A stretch of DNA of 64,000 nucleotides. Origin: a virus (lineage: Duplodnaviria; Caudoviricetes). Both the position numbers and the translations under genes were made by a program. Under the pieces are notes generated by a model. It was not told the DNA's origin. It searched no databases and worked only from the letters and a program-made list of their open reading frames with translations. The stretch lies in IMG/VR virus record IMGVR_UViG_2038011000_000015, positions 1-64,000 of that record. One strand, 5' to 3'. Positions 55,125-64,000 of the stretch are shown piece after piece (the first letter of the stretch is position 1; the number at the start of each line of letters is the position of its first letter).

Positions 55125-55945
55125 TGGCAAGGCTTGTATACGATGGGAACCGGCTAAACAGCACGGTCTACGCGTCCGGCAAGGAGTACGATCTTCGGCT
55201 CTTGCAGAGGGCGCAGACGGTTTTTTCGACCTTGCTGAACCTGTTGCCCAGCAACTACGTATCGGCCGTTCAAGGGCCTTCTTACACGAATGCTCTGAAG
55301 GCTATCGCGGTTGAGCTGTCGCGGCTTGAGCTGGCCCTGGAGGATGTGGCCTTTGACTTCAATTTCAACCGGACACGTTCGGACTTTCTTTGGTCAGTGA
55401 TTGGGTATCTGGTCCTGGTGAACGAGCGGATTCCGGATCTCGGTTTCAGCGACCATCAGTTTCGCAGCTTCTTTCTTGGGTTGATCGGCATCTACTTTCA
55501 AGGCTCTGTGCCAGAGTCCATGAAGGATGTGATACAGCTGTTCAATAGTGGCGATATCGCCATCACCGAGTCCTTCCTGCTGGTACGCAAGGGCACCGGT
55601 GGTCTGGACATTTCGGATCAATTCTCTTTCGGAATCGACTACGTGGCGGCTCCCGGCGGGGGATTTCCGCCTAACGTGTTCGAGGCGGATTCTGCGATCC
55701 GGCAGTTGATTGATCTTGTGCGCCCGGCCCATACGTTGTTTCGCGTGCGCTACGTGTTCGGCGATGACGTGTTTCCGGATGCGAATGACCTGTTCGGGAA
55801 GTTCAAGGACGAGATGCGTTGGCGGATGGCCACGTACTACTACGCGGATTTTCGCCATTACTGGATGGGCATCAAAGACCGGGATCGACTTGGCCGAAAC
55901 ACCAATCAGTATGTGACCGGGGAGAATCACAGCGGCGATTTTTAG
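55124..55945 (+). CDS. Baseplate wedge subunit (gpI/gp7-like)
   Basis: LLPSNY..SDHQFR..YFQGS..LVRPAHT pattern; directly follows the J-like gene. Confidence 0.75.
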   Translation: MARLVYDGNRLNSTVYASGKEYDLRLLQRAQTVFSTLLNLLPSNYVSAVQGPSYTNALKAIAVELSRLELALEDVAFDFNFNRTRSDFLWSVIGYLVLVNERIPDLGFSDHQFRSFFLGLIGIYFQGSVPESMKDVIQLFNSGDIAITESFLLVRKGTGGLDISDQFSFGIDYVAAPGGGFPPNVFEADSAIRQLIDLVRPAHTLFRVRYVFGDDVFPDANDLFGKFKDEMRWRMATYYYADFRHYWMGIKDRDRLGRNTNQYVTGENHSGDF

Positions 55946-55977
55946 TTATCCTTTTGCCGGTTGTGAGCTGCGGACAA

Positions 55978-58900
55978 ATGAACATCGTCAGCCAGGGCAC
56001 TGTCATCACCGTCACCTTTGACGTCCCGCTTCTGCCTCAGAACGCGGCGGATCCGGCGAGCTACGTGCTCAGCAGTCCTGATGGGGGGGTGCCGCTCATA
56101 GTGCTTGAGGTGGAGGTTGCAGGACTCCTTTCGGTGTCGAGTTCCATAGAAGGTTCGTCCGCGATGCAGCTACAGCCGGCCAGTAGCGTGTTCTACGCGA
56201 GTGGGGCGATTGCATCGAGGTATCTTGAGATCTCACAGGTTGTGTTGAGGACCACCAAGCCTAGCGCCGGGCACATGTATCGGCTCGCGACCCGCGGGCT
56301 GAAGATGGTCAACGGCAATGTGCATCGTGAGGTCCAGACGTTTGTCGCATCAGCTTCGCTTCCACGGGTGACTCGGGCAGAACAGCTGGAAGACGGGGTT
56401 GTGGTGACCTATTCGGAGCGCATGCGGATCAATGACTCGTTCATTTCGAGTGACGTGTATGCGATCTCCGGTCCTACCGAGGTGATGATCACCAGTGTTC
56501 GTGTTCTTTCGGCGAGCAAGGTGTTGCTGACTACTGTTGGGCTTCGCACGGGCTTGTATACGCTACGGGTCAGTGGTGTTGTGGATGTTGCGGCCAATCC
56601 GCTGGACGCGCCACACGACGTAGTGCAGTTCACGGCGATCCCCGCTCGCCACCTCCGGAGTATTTTTACGGATCGAGGGCCGATCGCCAAGCCTGCGCTG
56701 ACGCTGCAGTCGGGGGCGGGTGCCAGCATCGCGAGCCCGACGCAGATAACATTGCCTGGTGCTAACGTTACCGCGGGCCACGTGGGACTCTATGTATCGC
56801 TCACGGGCGGCCCCAATGAAGGCGCTTACCGAGTCACAAGTCGTGTTTCCGCCACGGTAGTGAAGGTGGCGGCTAGCTTTTCGCATCTCGACGACCCTTC
56901 AAATGGCGCGCTTGGATGGAGTTTGATCGACTACCGGGATGGGCAGATTGCCAATGACCCAACTGACGTGGTGGTAAAGATCAACGATACCCCTGTAGAG
57001 GCAGAGGCGGTCATCGGGCTGCTCGGTCAGGTGGTGCTGCCGTTGGTTCCGGAGCCTGACGATGATGTGCGGATTGACTATGCATGGATCCGTGATCCCG
57101 TAGTGGATGTACGACGGCTGAACTCTAAAGAGTTTTGTCTCAACAACTGGAACAAGCGTGTTGATTCCGCTTCTTCTCACCAGTACCGGTACAACAACAC
57201 GCTGCTTCGACCGGAAGCGTTGTCTCGGGAGTCCTCGGAGGCAATCACCGGGATCGCCACATTTCCGACGTCAGTCATTCTCAGTGATCTATCGGCCAAC
57301 TTTTCGAGCGTCGCGCCTGAGTCGTATGTGACCATGTTGAGCGGTCCGAACAAGGGGTTGCGGCGAAAGGTTCATGCGATTCTGAGCGACACGCGGTTGA
57401 CGCTCGAGGCGCCGTTGTTCGATAGCAGCGGTGGCGCGTACCGGGTTGACCCCATCGATATCAGCGCTGGGCGATCGCAGCCGCTTGAGAGGGATCTGAA
57501 GTACCGTGCGTATGAGCGCGCCTACTCTGTTGCGCTCAATGATCCAAATCTCTTGTTGTTGAACTCGCCGAATCAGCGGATCGCATATCCGCCAATGTCG
57601 CGACCGTTGGCGACGGTCTTTGTGAATTATGAGGGCAGCGTACTGCCGGAGGCCTCGGCGGATCCGTGGCAGAGGGCGGGTCAAGGGCTGGCTGAAGTGC
57701 AGGGCGCGGACCTTGTGGTGGTGGATGATAGCATCGGTCCAGCCCCCGGAGGGGCTCCAATTTTTTGGACACGGCCGATTGATCTGACGTTTGATCATAT
57801 TTATGCGCTAGCGTGGCGCATGCGGATCGATGCCACGCCGACTCCGCAAGGGGTGTTTACGGGGTTGGCAGCGGGATATGCGGATGCTGAGAACGTCTGC
57901 GTAGTTGGCTACCTGGATGTCGAAGGCGTTAAAATGCTCGGTGTCCTTCGTAAGGGCTTCGGAAACGATCCGTCGCAGCAAGCCGCTTGGACGTCGGCGG
58001 AGCTTGATTGGAGCATCTCGCGCAGCTACCGACTCTTCCGTGATCAGACGGGGAGTATCGGCGTCTACGTTGATGGCGCGGTTGTGCCGATGCTTCAGGC
58101 GGCCGAGGATTCGTTACCATCGCTTCACGAGCTGAATGCGCCGTTTGATCAGTTGCAAGGGCCATTCTTCGGTTCGATCTCCAGGGAAGCCGCGAGCACC
58201 TCGACCTGGAGTTTCGTGCGCTACACTGCGATTCCCGCTAACCCGTTGGAGTCAGAGCCCTCGATCTTTGTGGCTTACGAAGGCTCCCAAGTGCCAGAAG
58301 CGGCAGCGCAACCATGGACTCCTGTGGGTTTCCACGGGACTGAGCATGTTGTTGATTCGCATCTCGTTTTGGACTCCACGAGCGCGTCTTCTGGTGCGTC
58401 AGGGCTCATCAGCGGCGACTTCAAGGGTTATACGCGAATTGAACCACTTCTTAAAGAGTCGTTTAGCACCGTTTTGGATCTTCGGCTTGCGGTGCGTACC
58501 TATACGCATGGGATGTCGCCGAATGCTGTGATGGCAGCGATTGACGACGGGGATCGGCTCATTCAGCTCAGTTTTGTTGCGGAGCAAGCCTCTCCCAAGA
58601 TCAGCTACGGCGGACGCACCTTGCCTCCCGAGTTCGAGCCTTACCCGTGGAACCCTACGGGTGCGCAGGCAGCCACGATGGTTGGCCAGTATTTGATGAT
58701 CGAAGACGAAAGCACTGAGGATGGGCTTTCGTACACGGCGCAGGACTCACATGCAACGGACAGTGCGGATCGCGTGATCTCGTATTTGAGCGACTACATG
58801 GTCGAGTTCCGCGTGCGTGTGGTGAGCTACACCCCGGATGTTACCGGATTCTGCGGGGTGTCTTCTTCTGTGTACGACGGACTGCAATCGGTGGGGCTAC

Positions 58901-60738
58901 AGCTTGTGCAGCACCCCGAATACGTCGAGCAGGACGGCGGCATCGTGGAGACCAATCGGCGCTATGTCGAGCTGCACTCGGAGGGTGTCGGAAGGCCGGG
59001 TGGGCGCTTTGCCTTTGAGTGGAACGACGGGATGTTTCACACGTACCGGCTCACCAAATCGACTCTTGGCAGCCAAGTCTCCGTTTTCGCGGACGGTGTC
59101 TACCTAGGCGCGCTTGACTATCAAGGGTTCGAGCCTCCCCCGGCTCCTTCCTTGGTTGGAAGGGCATCGTTTGGTTCTGCGACGGCGTTGAGCGTGCAAG
59201 CGAGGTCGGTTGCGGTGTGGGCGTACTCGAACTATTGGCGGGTCACGTCCGGGCGTCGATTTGTTGGCTTGTGGAAGGGGTACGATTCGGACGCGCTCAC
59301 GGGGTATCATCTGCCGGCCAGCGCTACCGGCCATCTGGCGTGGGTAAACGGTAACGTGTTGACGGACACTCGTGTGGACTTTGTGGCGCTCGGGGTTGCT
59401 CAGGGCGACCAGCTCATCATTGACGAAGGGGCCAACAAGGGCGTCTACACCGTCGATGTCGTGGCGCCTCTGAGCGACGTATCCAAGCTCACTGTGCTCA
59501 CTCAGTTCCGGAGCCAGCCGACACAGGTGAGCTACCGGTGTGTTAAAGAAGTTGATTGGACGACCGAGCACCGATACCGGATCATCAAAGATCCAAGCGG
59601 TGGCGTAGCCGTATTCCTGGATGATGTGGATCAGCCTCTGATCCACACAGCGTATGGCGCGACTTCGTTGCCGCCTAGCTCTGTAGGGATCCTGCAAGGC
59701 ATTTCTGCGGGGTTGTCGTCGATCACGTGGGGAGCTTTCGATCCGACAAACCTCTCGCAGACTTCATGGGACTACGTTCGCTTTGGTGCCATCCGATCGC
59801 TGTCAGCTTCAGGGATAGCTCCGCACCATCAGATTCTGAACCAAGTGAATGTGATGGCTTCTTACGAGCATCATCGGTTCGCGGTACCGCACCAGCATAC
59901 TGATTTCTGGAGCAGCGGCGAGGGAATCCCGCCTCAAACCGAGCCTGATTTGCTTCAGGACCCGAACCTGATCGCTTACACATTGCTTAACGAAGGAACA
60001 CCGCTGGTCCCTTCGACCCAGACATACCAAGTGCGCGCACCCAAGTCGTTGGTGGTTTCGGTCGCGGACTTGGATGATCCGCAAGAGGTGCTGAATCACC
60101 GCGGGTTCTTGGTAAATCAATCCTCTGAGAGGGTGGATGTGCAGGTCCCCGATGATGTGCTCTACAACAGTCTGCAGGTTTTGGAGCGCTCGACCGGTGA
60201 AGCCGACCTCATTGCGCCCTTTGATGATGATGCCGACATACACGCTCTCAGCGAGCTAGGTTTCAAGTCAGAGGTGTGTTTGAGCTACGATGGGACAGTG
60301 TTGCCTGAAAACGACACCACTGCACCCGTTCGGTGGGTGCGTGCGAGTGACAACGATGCAAAGCAGGTCTCGACCGTTTCCGCGGGGGCTCTGACGTATC
60401 GAGCCGATGGGACCCGTACTGTGTATCGCAACGGCACGCCCTTACCGCTCATGACGAGCTTGCCCACCGAGGTCAAGTTCCGAGTGCGGCTGATGCAGGA
60501 TGCCACCGAAGGGCTAGGGGATACGCAGGTCCGGTTTGGGTTTTCCTCGCCGGGCGCCACGGTGGGACTGGCGTTTGTGACCACTGCCGCGGGGGAGCGC
60601 TACGTGCTGGTGGTGGACATGAACAATCGCCAGACCCTCGCGGGGATCCCATTCGACTTCAGCGATGGGAGTTATCATACGTACGTGATTCGTAGAGACC
60701 CGGCGTCGGCGTCCATACAGATAAGGGTTGAGCCATGA
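55978..60738 (+). CDS. Large baseplate/fibre protein with Ig-like and repeated lectin-like domains
   Basis: ATG at 55978 lies after the upstream stop; four Y[ED/G]G..[LV]P..W-initiated domains with HxYR motifs. Confidence 0.75.
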   Translation: MNIVSQGTVITVTFDVPLLPQNAADPASYVLSSPDGGVPLIVLEVEVAGLLSVSSSIEGSSAMQLQPASSVFYASGAIASRYLEISQVVLRTTKPSAGHMYRLATRGLKMVNGNVHREVQTFVASASLPRVTRAEQLEDGVVVTYSERMRINDSFISSDVYAISGPTEVMITSVRVLSASKVLLTTVGLRTGLYTLRVSGVVDVAANPLDAPHDVVQFTAIPARHLRSIFTDRGPIAKPALTLQSGAGASIASPTQITLPGANVTAGHVGLYVSLTGGPNEGAYRVTSRVSATVVKVAASFSHLDDPSNGALGWSLIDYRDGQIANDPTDVVVKINDTPVEAEAVIGLLGQVVLPLVPEPDDDVRIDYAWIRDPVVDVRRLNSKEFCLNNWNKRVDSASSHQYRYNNTLLRPEALSRESSEAITGIATFPTSVILSDLSANFSSVAPESYVTMLSGPNKGLRRKVHAILSDTRLTLEAPLFDSSGGAYRVDPIDISAGRSQPLERDLKYRAYERAYSVALNDPNLLLLNSPNQRIAYPPMSRPLATVFVNYEGSVLPEASADPWQRAGQGLAEVQGADLVVVDDSIGPAPGGAPIFWTRPIDLTFDHIYALAWRMRIDATPTPQGVFTGLAAGYADAENVCVVGYLDVEGVKMLGVLRKGFGNDPSQQAAWTSAELDWSISRSYRLFRDQTGSIGVYVDGAVVPMLQAAEDSLPSLHELNAPFDQLQGPFFGSISREAASTSTWSFVRYTAIPANPLESEPSIFVAYEGSQVPEAAAQPWTPVGFHGTEHVVDSHLVLDSTSASSGASGLISGDFKGYTRIEPLLKESFSTVLDLRLAVRTYTHGMSPNAVMAAIDDGDRLIQLSFVAEQASPKISYGGRTLPPEFEPYPWNPTGAQAATMVGQYLMIEDESTEDGLSYTAQDSHATDSADRVISYLSDYMVEFRVRVVSYTPDVTGFCGVSSSVYDGLQSVGLQLVQHPEYVEQDGGIVETNRRYVELHSEGVGRPGGRFAFEWNDGMFHTYRLTKSTLGSQVSVFADGVYLGALDYQGFEPPPAPSLVGRASFGSATALSVQARSVAVWAYSNYWRVTSGRRFVGLWKGYDSDALTGYHLPASATGHLAWVNGNVLTDTRVDFVALGVAQGDQLIIDEGANKGVYTVDVVAPLSDVSKLTVLTQFRSQPTQVSYRCVKEVDWTTEHRYRIIKDPSGGVAVFLDDVDQPLIHTAYGATSLPPSSVGILQGISAGLSSITWGAFDPTNLSQTSWDYVRFGAIRSLSASGIAPHHQILNQVNVMASYEHHRFAVPHQHTDFWSSGEGIPPQTEPDLLQDPNLIAYTLLNEGTPLVPSTQTYQVRAPKSLVVSVADLDDPQEVLNHRGFLVNQSSERVDVQVPDDVLYNSLQVLERSTGEADLIAPFDDDADIHALSELGFKSEVCLSYDGTVLPENDTTAPVRWVRASDNDAKQVSTVSAGALTYRADGTRTVYRNGTPLPLMTSLPTEVKFRVRLMQDATEGLGDTQVRFGFSSPGATVGLAFVTTAAGERYVLVVDMNNRQTLAGIPFDFSDGSYHTYVIRRDPASASIQIRVEP

Positions 60739-61568
60739 CCACTTTCTATGCCGTGCCGATACGCAATACGCGTGTTCGCGTGATCTTCTCCGAACCGATG
60801 CAGAAGAACTCGGCTCTAGTGAATCGCATGCAATACGTGGTCAATGACCTCACTGGGGCATCGATCAGCGTGTTGTCTGTAACGGCCGAGCAGGCGAGCG
60901 GTGTCGTGTCTACGCTGCTCGATCTGGGCATCGCGCTCGTGAGTGGGCGGCTATATCAGATCCGCGTCAATAGCCAGATAGTCTCTGACGCAGAGGGGCA
61001 ACCGGTACAGCCCAATACGCAGATCATCCAATGGACGGAGCGGGAGCTTAGCGTAGAGATTCCCCTACAGCGATTTTCTGGAGAGGTTTCGGGTGGGCTC
61101 TACGGTGATGAACGCGAAGCGCAGGTGTTTTTCTCTCCGGCGCTCGAGGCTTCCGCTCAGGGAAGCGTGATCCAGCTGGATCAGGTGGATGTCTGCACAC
61201 GGGCGGATGACCAATATATACTTCCGCCACAGTTAGATGCGTTCCGGCCTCTGCTGGTACACGCGTACAACGAGGATGGCACGTTAGTGCCCCTCGGGGT
61301 GCCCGCTACCACGTTGAACGCGACCGATGTTCTATGGGTGCCGGGCTATCGAGTGGACCCAAGCTTCGCAGTCGGCTGGCGGCTATCTGAAACGATGCCG
61401 GCCGTGACGGAGTCTACCACGGTGACCATCTCTACGTGGCCGGCTGCTCGAGCGTCGATCCTGAATGATCCTAGCTGGAAGCTCTACGATAATCTGGGGG
61501 GCTCCTACTTCATTACTGCGGACAACTTGACGCCGCTGCCGCTCGACGTTGTGACCGTCATACTCTAA
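60735..61568 (+). CDS. Virion protein with an SbsA/Big-like Ig N-domain
   Basis: ATGA coupling; VRVIFSEPM..Y..SV pattern similar to the N-terminus of the upstream protein. Confidence 0.65.
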   Translation: MTTFYAVPIRNTRVRVIFSEPMQKNSALVNRMQYVVNDLTGASISVLSVTAEQASGVVSTLLDLGIALVSGRLYQIRVNSQIVSDAEGQPVQPNTQIIQWTERELSVEIPLQRFSGEVSGGLYGDEREAQVFFSPALEASAQGSVIQLDQVDVCTRADDQYILPPQLDAFRPLLVHAYNEDGTLVPLGVPATTLNATDVLWVPGYRVDPSFAVGWRLSETMPAVTESTTVTISTWPAARASILNDPSWKLYDNLGGSYFITADNLTPLPLDVVTVIL

Positions 61569-61592
61569 CTCTCTTATGAGCGCGCTGGTGTA
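61565..61592 (+). promoter_or_regulatory. Putative promoter region (CTAACTCTCTTATG followed by GGTGTA)
   Basis: Exact 14-mer also at 25994; GGTGTA at 61587-61592. Confidence 0.5.
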
Positions 61593-61615
61593 GCGAGCGC
61601 AGCAAGGGAGAGAAG

Positions 61616-62254
61616 ATGAAGAGTGCCGATAGCATGCCCAACACTCAGGATTGGGCCGCAGGAATTTCCGTCCAAAGTGTCTACCGGGAAGATGCTCGAT
61701 ATGCCATCCGCGGGGATGTTTTCTTTCGGATGCATGACGGGGAGAGCGGAGAGATTCAGCTTGAGCGGCAGCATCGAAACCTTGTTGTGCGGGATGCGTC
61801 GATTCTGCTTGCACGTCTGATGAAGGACAACCTAGAGCCGGCACATGGGGTCTTTGCGCTCGCTGTAGGCACTGGGGACTCAGGTTGGGACCTGCAGAGC
61901 CCGCCCACCCCGACGACAAGCCTACGGTCGCTCGCCACAGAGCTAACACGCAAGACCTTTGCGGAGACGAAATTCATCGACGGCGCGGGACTTCCAACGG
62001 TCATCCCAACGAACGTTGTGGATTTCACGACGACGTTCGCGGAAGCAGAGGCGGTAGGACCGCTGGTGGAGATGGCTCTCCTTGGTGGTGATATCTCCAG
62101 TGTGATGTCCGAACGCAAGCCAGTCCCCGGCACGTCTTACGATCCTACGGTTGATTTGACCCAGTATGACACGATGATCAACGTGCTTCGTTTCCCGGTC
62201 ATCAATAAGCCGCCGACAAGTACGTTGAGTATCACTTGGCGGCTCACGTTCTGA
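61616..62254 (+). CDS. Tail-fibre attachment/baseplate protein (tail-collar fibre N-domain-like)
   Basis: NLVV..LAVGTG..SL..EL-x-RK..F..EAVGPLVEMAL..FPVINK..ITWRLTF. Confidence 0.7.
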   Translation: MKSADSMPNTQDWAAGISVQSVYREDARYAIRGDVFFRMHDGESGEIQLERQHRNLVVRDASILLARLMKDNLEPAHGVFALAVGTGDSGWDLQSPPTPTTSLRSLATELTRKTFAETKFIDGAGLPTVIPTNVVDFTTTFAEAEAVGPLVEMALLGGDISSVMSERKPVPGTSYDPTVDLTQYDTMINVLRFPVINKPPTSTLSITWRLTF

Positions 62255-62274
62255 CGGGAGAGGAAGGCACACCA

Positions 62275-64000
62275 ATGCCATCGAATCGAGATCCTGTAAG
62301 CACGGTACAGCCAGGCGGCGGCATAGAACCCGACTCTCAGCACGTTCCTGTACCAGCCTCGACTCAAGCTTCGCGCATTACTGTGGAGTCTCCCGGCACA
62401 TGGGCGGATGGCACAGCAGTTCCTGGAGGAGGGCTGCAGGGGGTGCTCGCTGCGATCGTATATTCGCTGAAGGTATTTGGCGCAAACCTGATCTCCGCTG
62501 GAAATCGGCCATCTTGGGCTGATGGCACCATCAACACGGTCATGACGGTTCAAGAGGCGCTTAGTAAGATCATTCAAGATCTGACCTCGACCGGTGGTGG
62601 GAGAGGTGCTGGAAAGCTAACAGCACCAGCGCGGGCCAATTGGGCGGATGGCACGACAAATCCAGCGACTACAGTCGCGGAGGCGCTGACTAAGATTGTG
62701 GCGGATCTAACGTCAACGACAGCTGGATCGAAGTTTGGTGCGGGAAAGCTGACAGCTCCTGCTTTGCCGAATTGGGCTGACGGGACCGCCAATCCTTCGA
62801 CTACTATCGCGGATGCTCTTACCAATATTGTTAGCGCGCTAGGGACGGCTGCCGGCGGGGGCACTTCCAAGATATACAGTGCCGCGATAATGCGACCTTA
62901 CTTTAGCACGGCCGCTGGTACGTTACGCAATGTTATCACGGCAATCGTGGAGGGGCTATCGGAGACGATTGATTACGTTGGACATGTGGAGGAAACGGCG
63001 CTCGATGTATCGAAGAACGTGCACTCCGTATTGGAGCGGTACGCGTTCCCTGAGGATGTTTTCAGTGATACGAGGTTGGCTGATGCTCTAACGTATGACA
63101 AGGAGCTTAACATTGTTGTCGGCCGTCCAAGCTTCCAGGTGGACATAGGGTTGTCGTCGCTTTCCGCTGCGGATCTGTTTAAGAAGTACGTCGCTGTGTC
63201 GGATAGTTTGAGCAGTGTGGTGGTGGTCGTTTCTGGCAGCTCAGCGCGGGTGTCTTCTGATTCTGTGAAGTTCGGGGTCTGGGCGGATAGTCCGTTCACT
63301 ACTTTTAGTTCAAAGCCGCGCGTTTTTGCTGCGCCCGATAGGCGCTTTTTTCTGTACGGTACGGCAAATGGAGGGGGCAGCCCGCAGATGGTGATGTCTG
63401 TGAATGGTAGCGCTTGGAATAACGTTGGATTGTCGCTCACTAATAGCGGTGCGAATGCCGGAATAAGAGCGGTGGCACACGATGCGCTGGGTATCAACTA
63501 CCTAGCGGTCGACGGCGTCGGGCACTTGTATCGAACTAGTTCGGCGTCACTTACAAGTTGGGTAGGCGTGACTCCTGCGGCGTCCGGATTGGCCGGCGGT
63601 ACTAATTTTCAAGATCTAATCTTCGCTGATGGGCGTTGGGTGGCCATCTCTGATCTGTATGTTTGGACGACCACCGTTGCGAATGGTGCCTCGGGGTGGA
63701 CCAGAGTTGGAAATGGGCTCGGTCCCATATTGGACGGGTCTAAGGTGACCTACTTCAACGGGTCGTTCATCATTGGATTGATGTCGCCCCCTGTTACGCT
63801 GCGTGTGGTGAGCATGAGAGACTTGTCCTCCGTCCCGACGGATCGGGCGGAGTATGACGTCACGGGAGGATTCAACTTCATACAAACCGCCGTAGGATTG
63901 TACATTGTGACCGATAGAGCAGTCATACGTGTTGTAGGTGACCCTGAGGTGCCTGCTAACTGGAACATGGTCGTGGATCATCTGGCTTGGCGTAAGACGC
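62275..64000 (+). CDS. Tail fibre/receptor-binding protein, truncated by the window edge (not in the ORF track)
   Basis: Purine-rich SD then ATG at 62275; frame open for 575 codons to the edge; WADGT repeats followed by a beta-propeller-like region (MSVNGSAW, RTSSASLTSW). Confidence 0.75.
   Translation, partial: MPSNRDPVSTVQPGGGIEPDSQHVPVPASTQASRITVESPGTWADGTAVPGGGLQGVLAAIVYSLKVFGANLISAGNRPSWADGTINTVMTVQEALSKIIQDLTSTGGGRGAGKLTAPARANWADGTTNPATTVAEALTKIVADLTSTTAGSKFGAGKLTAPALPNWADGTANPSTTIADALTNIVSALGTAAGGGTSKIYSAAIMRPYFSTAAGTLRNVITAIVEGLSETIDYVGHVEETALDVSKNVHSVLERYAFPEDVFSDTRLADALTYDKELNIVVGRPSFQVDIGLSSLSAADLFKKYVAVSDSLSSVVVVVSGSSARVSSDSVKFGVWADSPFTTFSSKPRVFAAPDRRFFLYGTANGGGSPQMVMSVNGSAWNNVGLSLTNSGANAGIRAVAHDALGINYLAVDGVGHLYRTSSASLTSWVGVTPAASGLAGGTNFQDLIFADGRWVAISDLYVWTTTVANGASGWTRVGNGLGPILDGSKVTYFNGSFIIGLMSPPVTLRVVSMRDLSSVPTDRAEYDVTGGFNFIQTAVGLYIVTDRAVIRVVGDPEVPANWNMVVDHLAWRKT
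62401..62790 (+). repeat. Four intragenic WADGT repeats (38-44 aa period)
   Basis: TGGGCNGAYGGNAC at 62401, 62515, 62641 and 62773; GAGKLTAPA occurs twice. Confidence 0.85.

Larger units (their letters stand above)
1..64000 (+). mobile_element. Virion morphogenesis module of a large myovirus-type (jumbo) phage; both ends lie outside the window
   Basis: Co-oriented sheath, tube, chaperones, tape measure, hub, spike, gp25-like, baseplate J-like and fibre genes; many TGATG/ATGA overlaps; very large structural proteins; no host housekeeping genes. Confidence 0.9.

Noticed and set aside
14483-62254. Extracellular contractile injection system, tailocin or T6SS instead of a phage
   Set aside because: No Afp15-type AAA+ ATPase, TssJLM or ClpV recognised. 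Neck/head-completion-like genes, a helicase with an intein and the phage-like gene packing favour a phage, although the capsid and terminase are not in the window.
62401-62790. Diversity-generating retroelement TR/VR pair in the fibre gene
   Set aside because: Repeats are in-frame protein repeats differing at synonymous and non-adenine positions; no reverse transcriptase is in the window.
1-64000. Many long minus-strand ORFs in the track (e.g. 8505..9662, 47732..48796, 27591..28409, 17195..17992)
   Set aside because: They are antisense shadows of well-supported plus-strand genes in GC-rich DNA, with no motifs or RBS.
1-64000. Stop-codon reassignment (alternative genetic code)
   Set aside because: The standard code gives near-complete coding density, and TAG, TGA and TAA all end genes at sensible boundaries.

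Overview
The whole window reads as the virion morphogenesis region of a large (jumbo-type) contractile-tailed phage. It is GC-rich by eye, densely packed, and nearly all genes are on the + strand. Gene order: patatin, Ig-like decoration/fibre proteins, neck/head-completion genes, a Dps-like ferritin, an actin-superfamily ATPase that closely resembles archaeal volactin, tail terminator, and a 1412-aa tail sheath. A 7.6-kb interruption follows (one minus-strand gene, an MqsA-like HTH protein, an intein-containing UvrD helicase and hypotheticals). After it come tail tube, two chaperones, tape measure, two tube-initiator paralogues (one fused to an M15 peptidoglycan peptidase), hub, an apparently frameshifted spike, baseplate wedge genes, and a tail fibre that runs off the right edge. 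I recognised no capsid, portal, terminase, integrase, tRNA, rRNA or CRISPR array. Best leads: (1) a volactin-like actin with a nearby coiled-coil gene inside the head-tail joining cluster, a candidate phage cytoskeleton; (2) short shared protein tags (a KIA..EL..ELR..LAY..PSRARL module, C-terminal YDxR, N-proximal K/R-x-A) that may mark cargo packaged into the virion; (3) structured leaders with shared YAGAT-S hexamers before the sheath and chaperone genes, one with mutually exclusive folds over the RBS; (4) two promoter-like motif classes and a probable ATT start codon. All family calls come from motif recognition and synteny, not from database searches.
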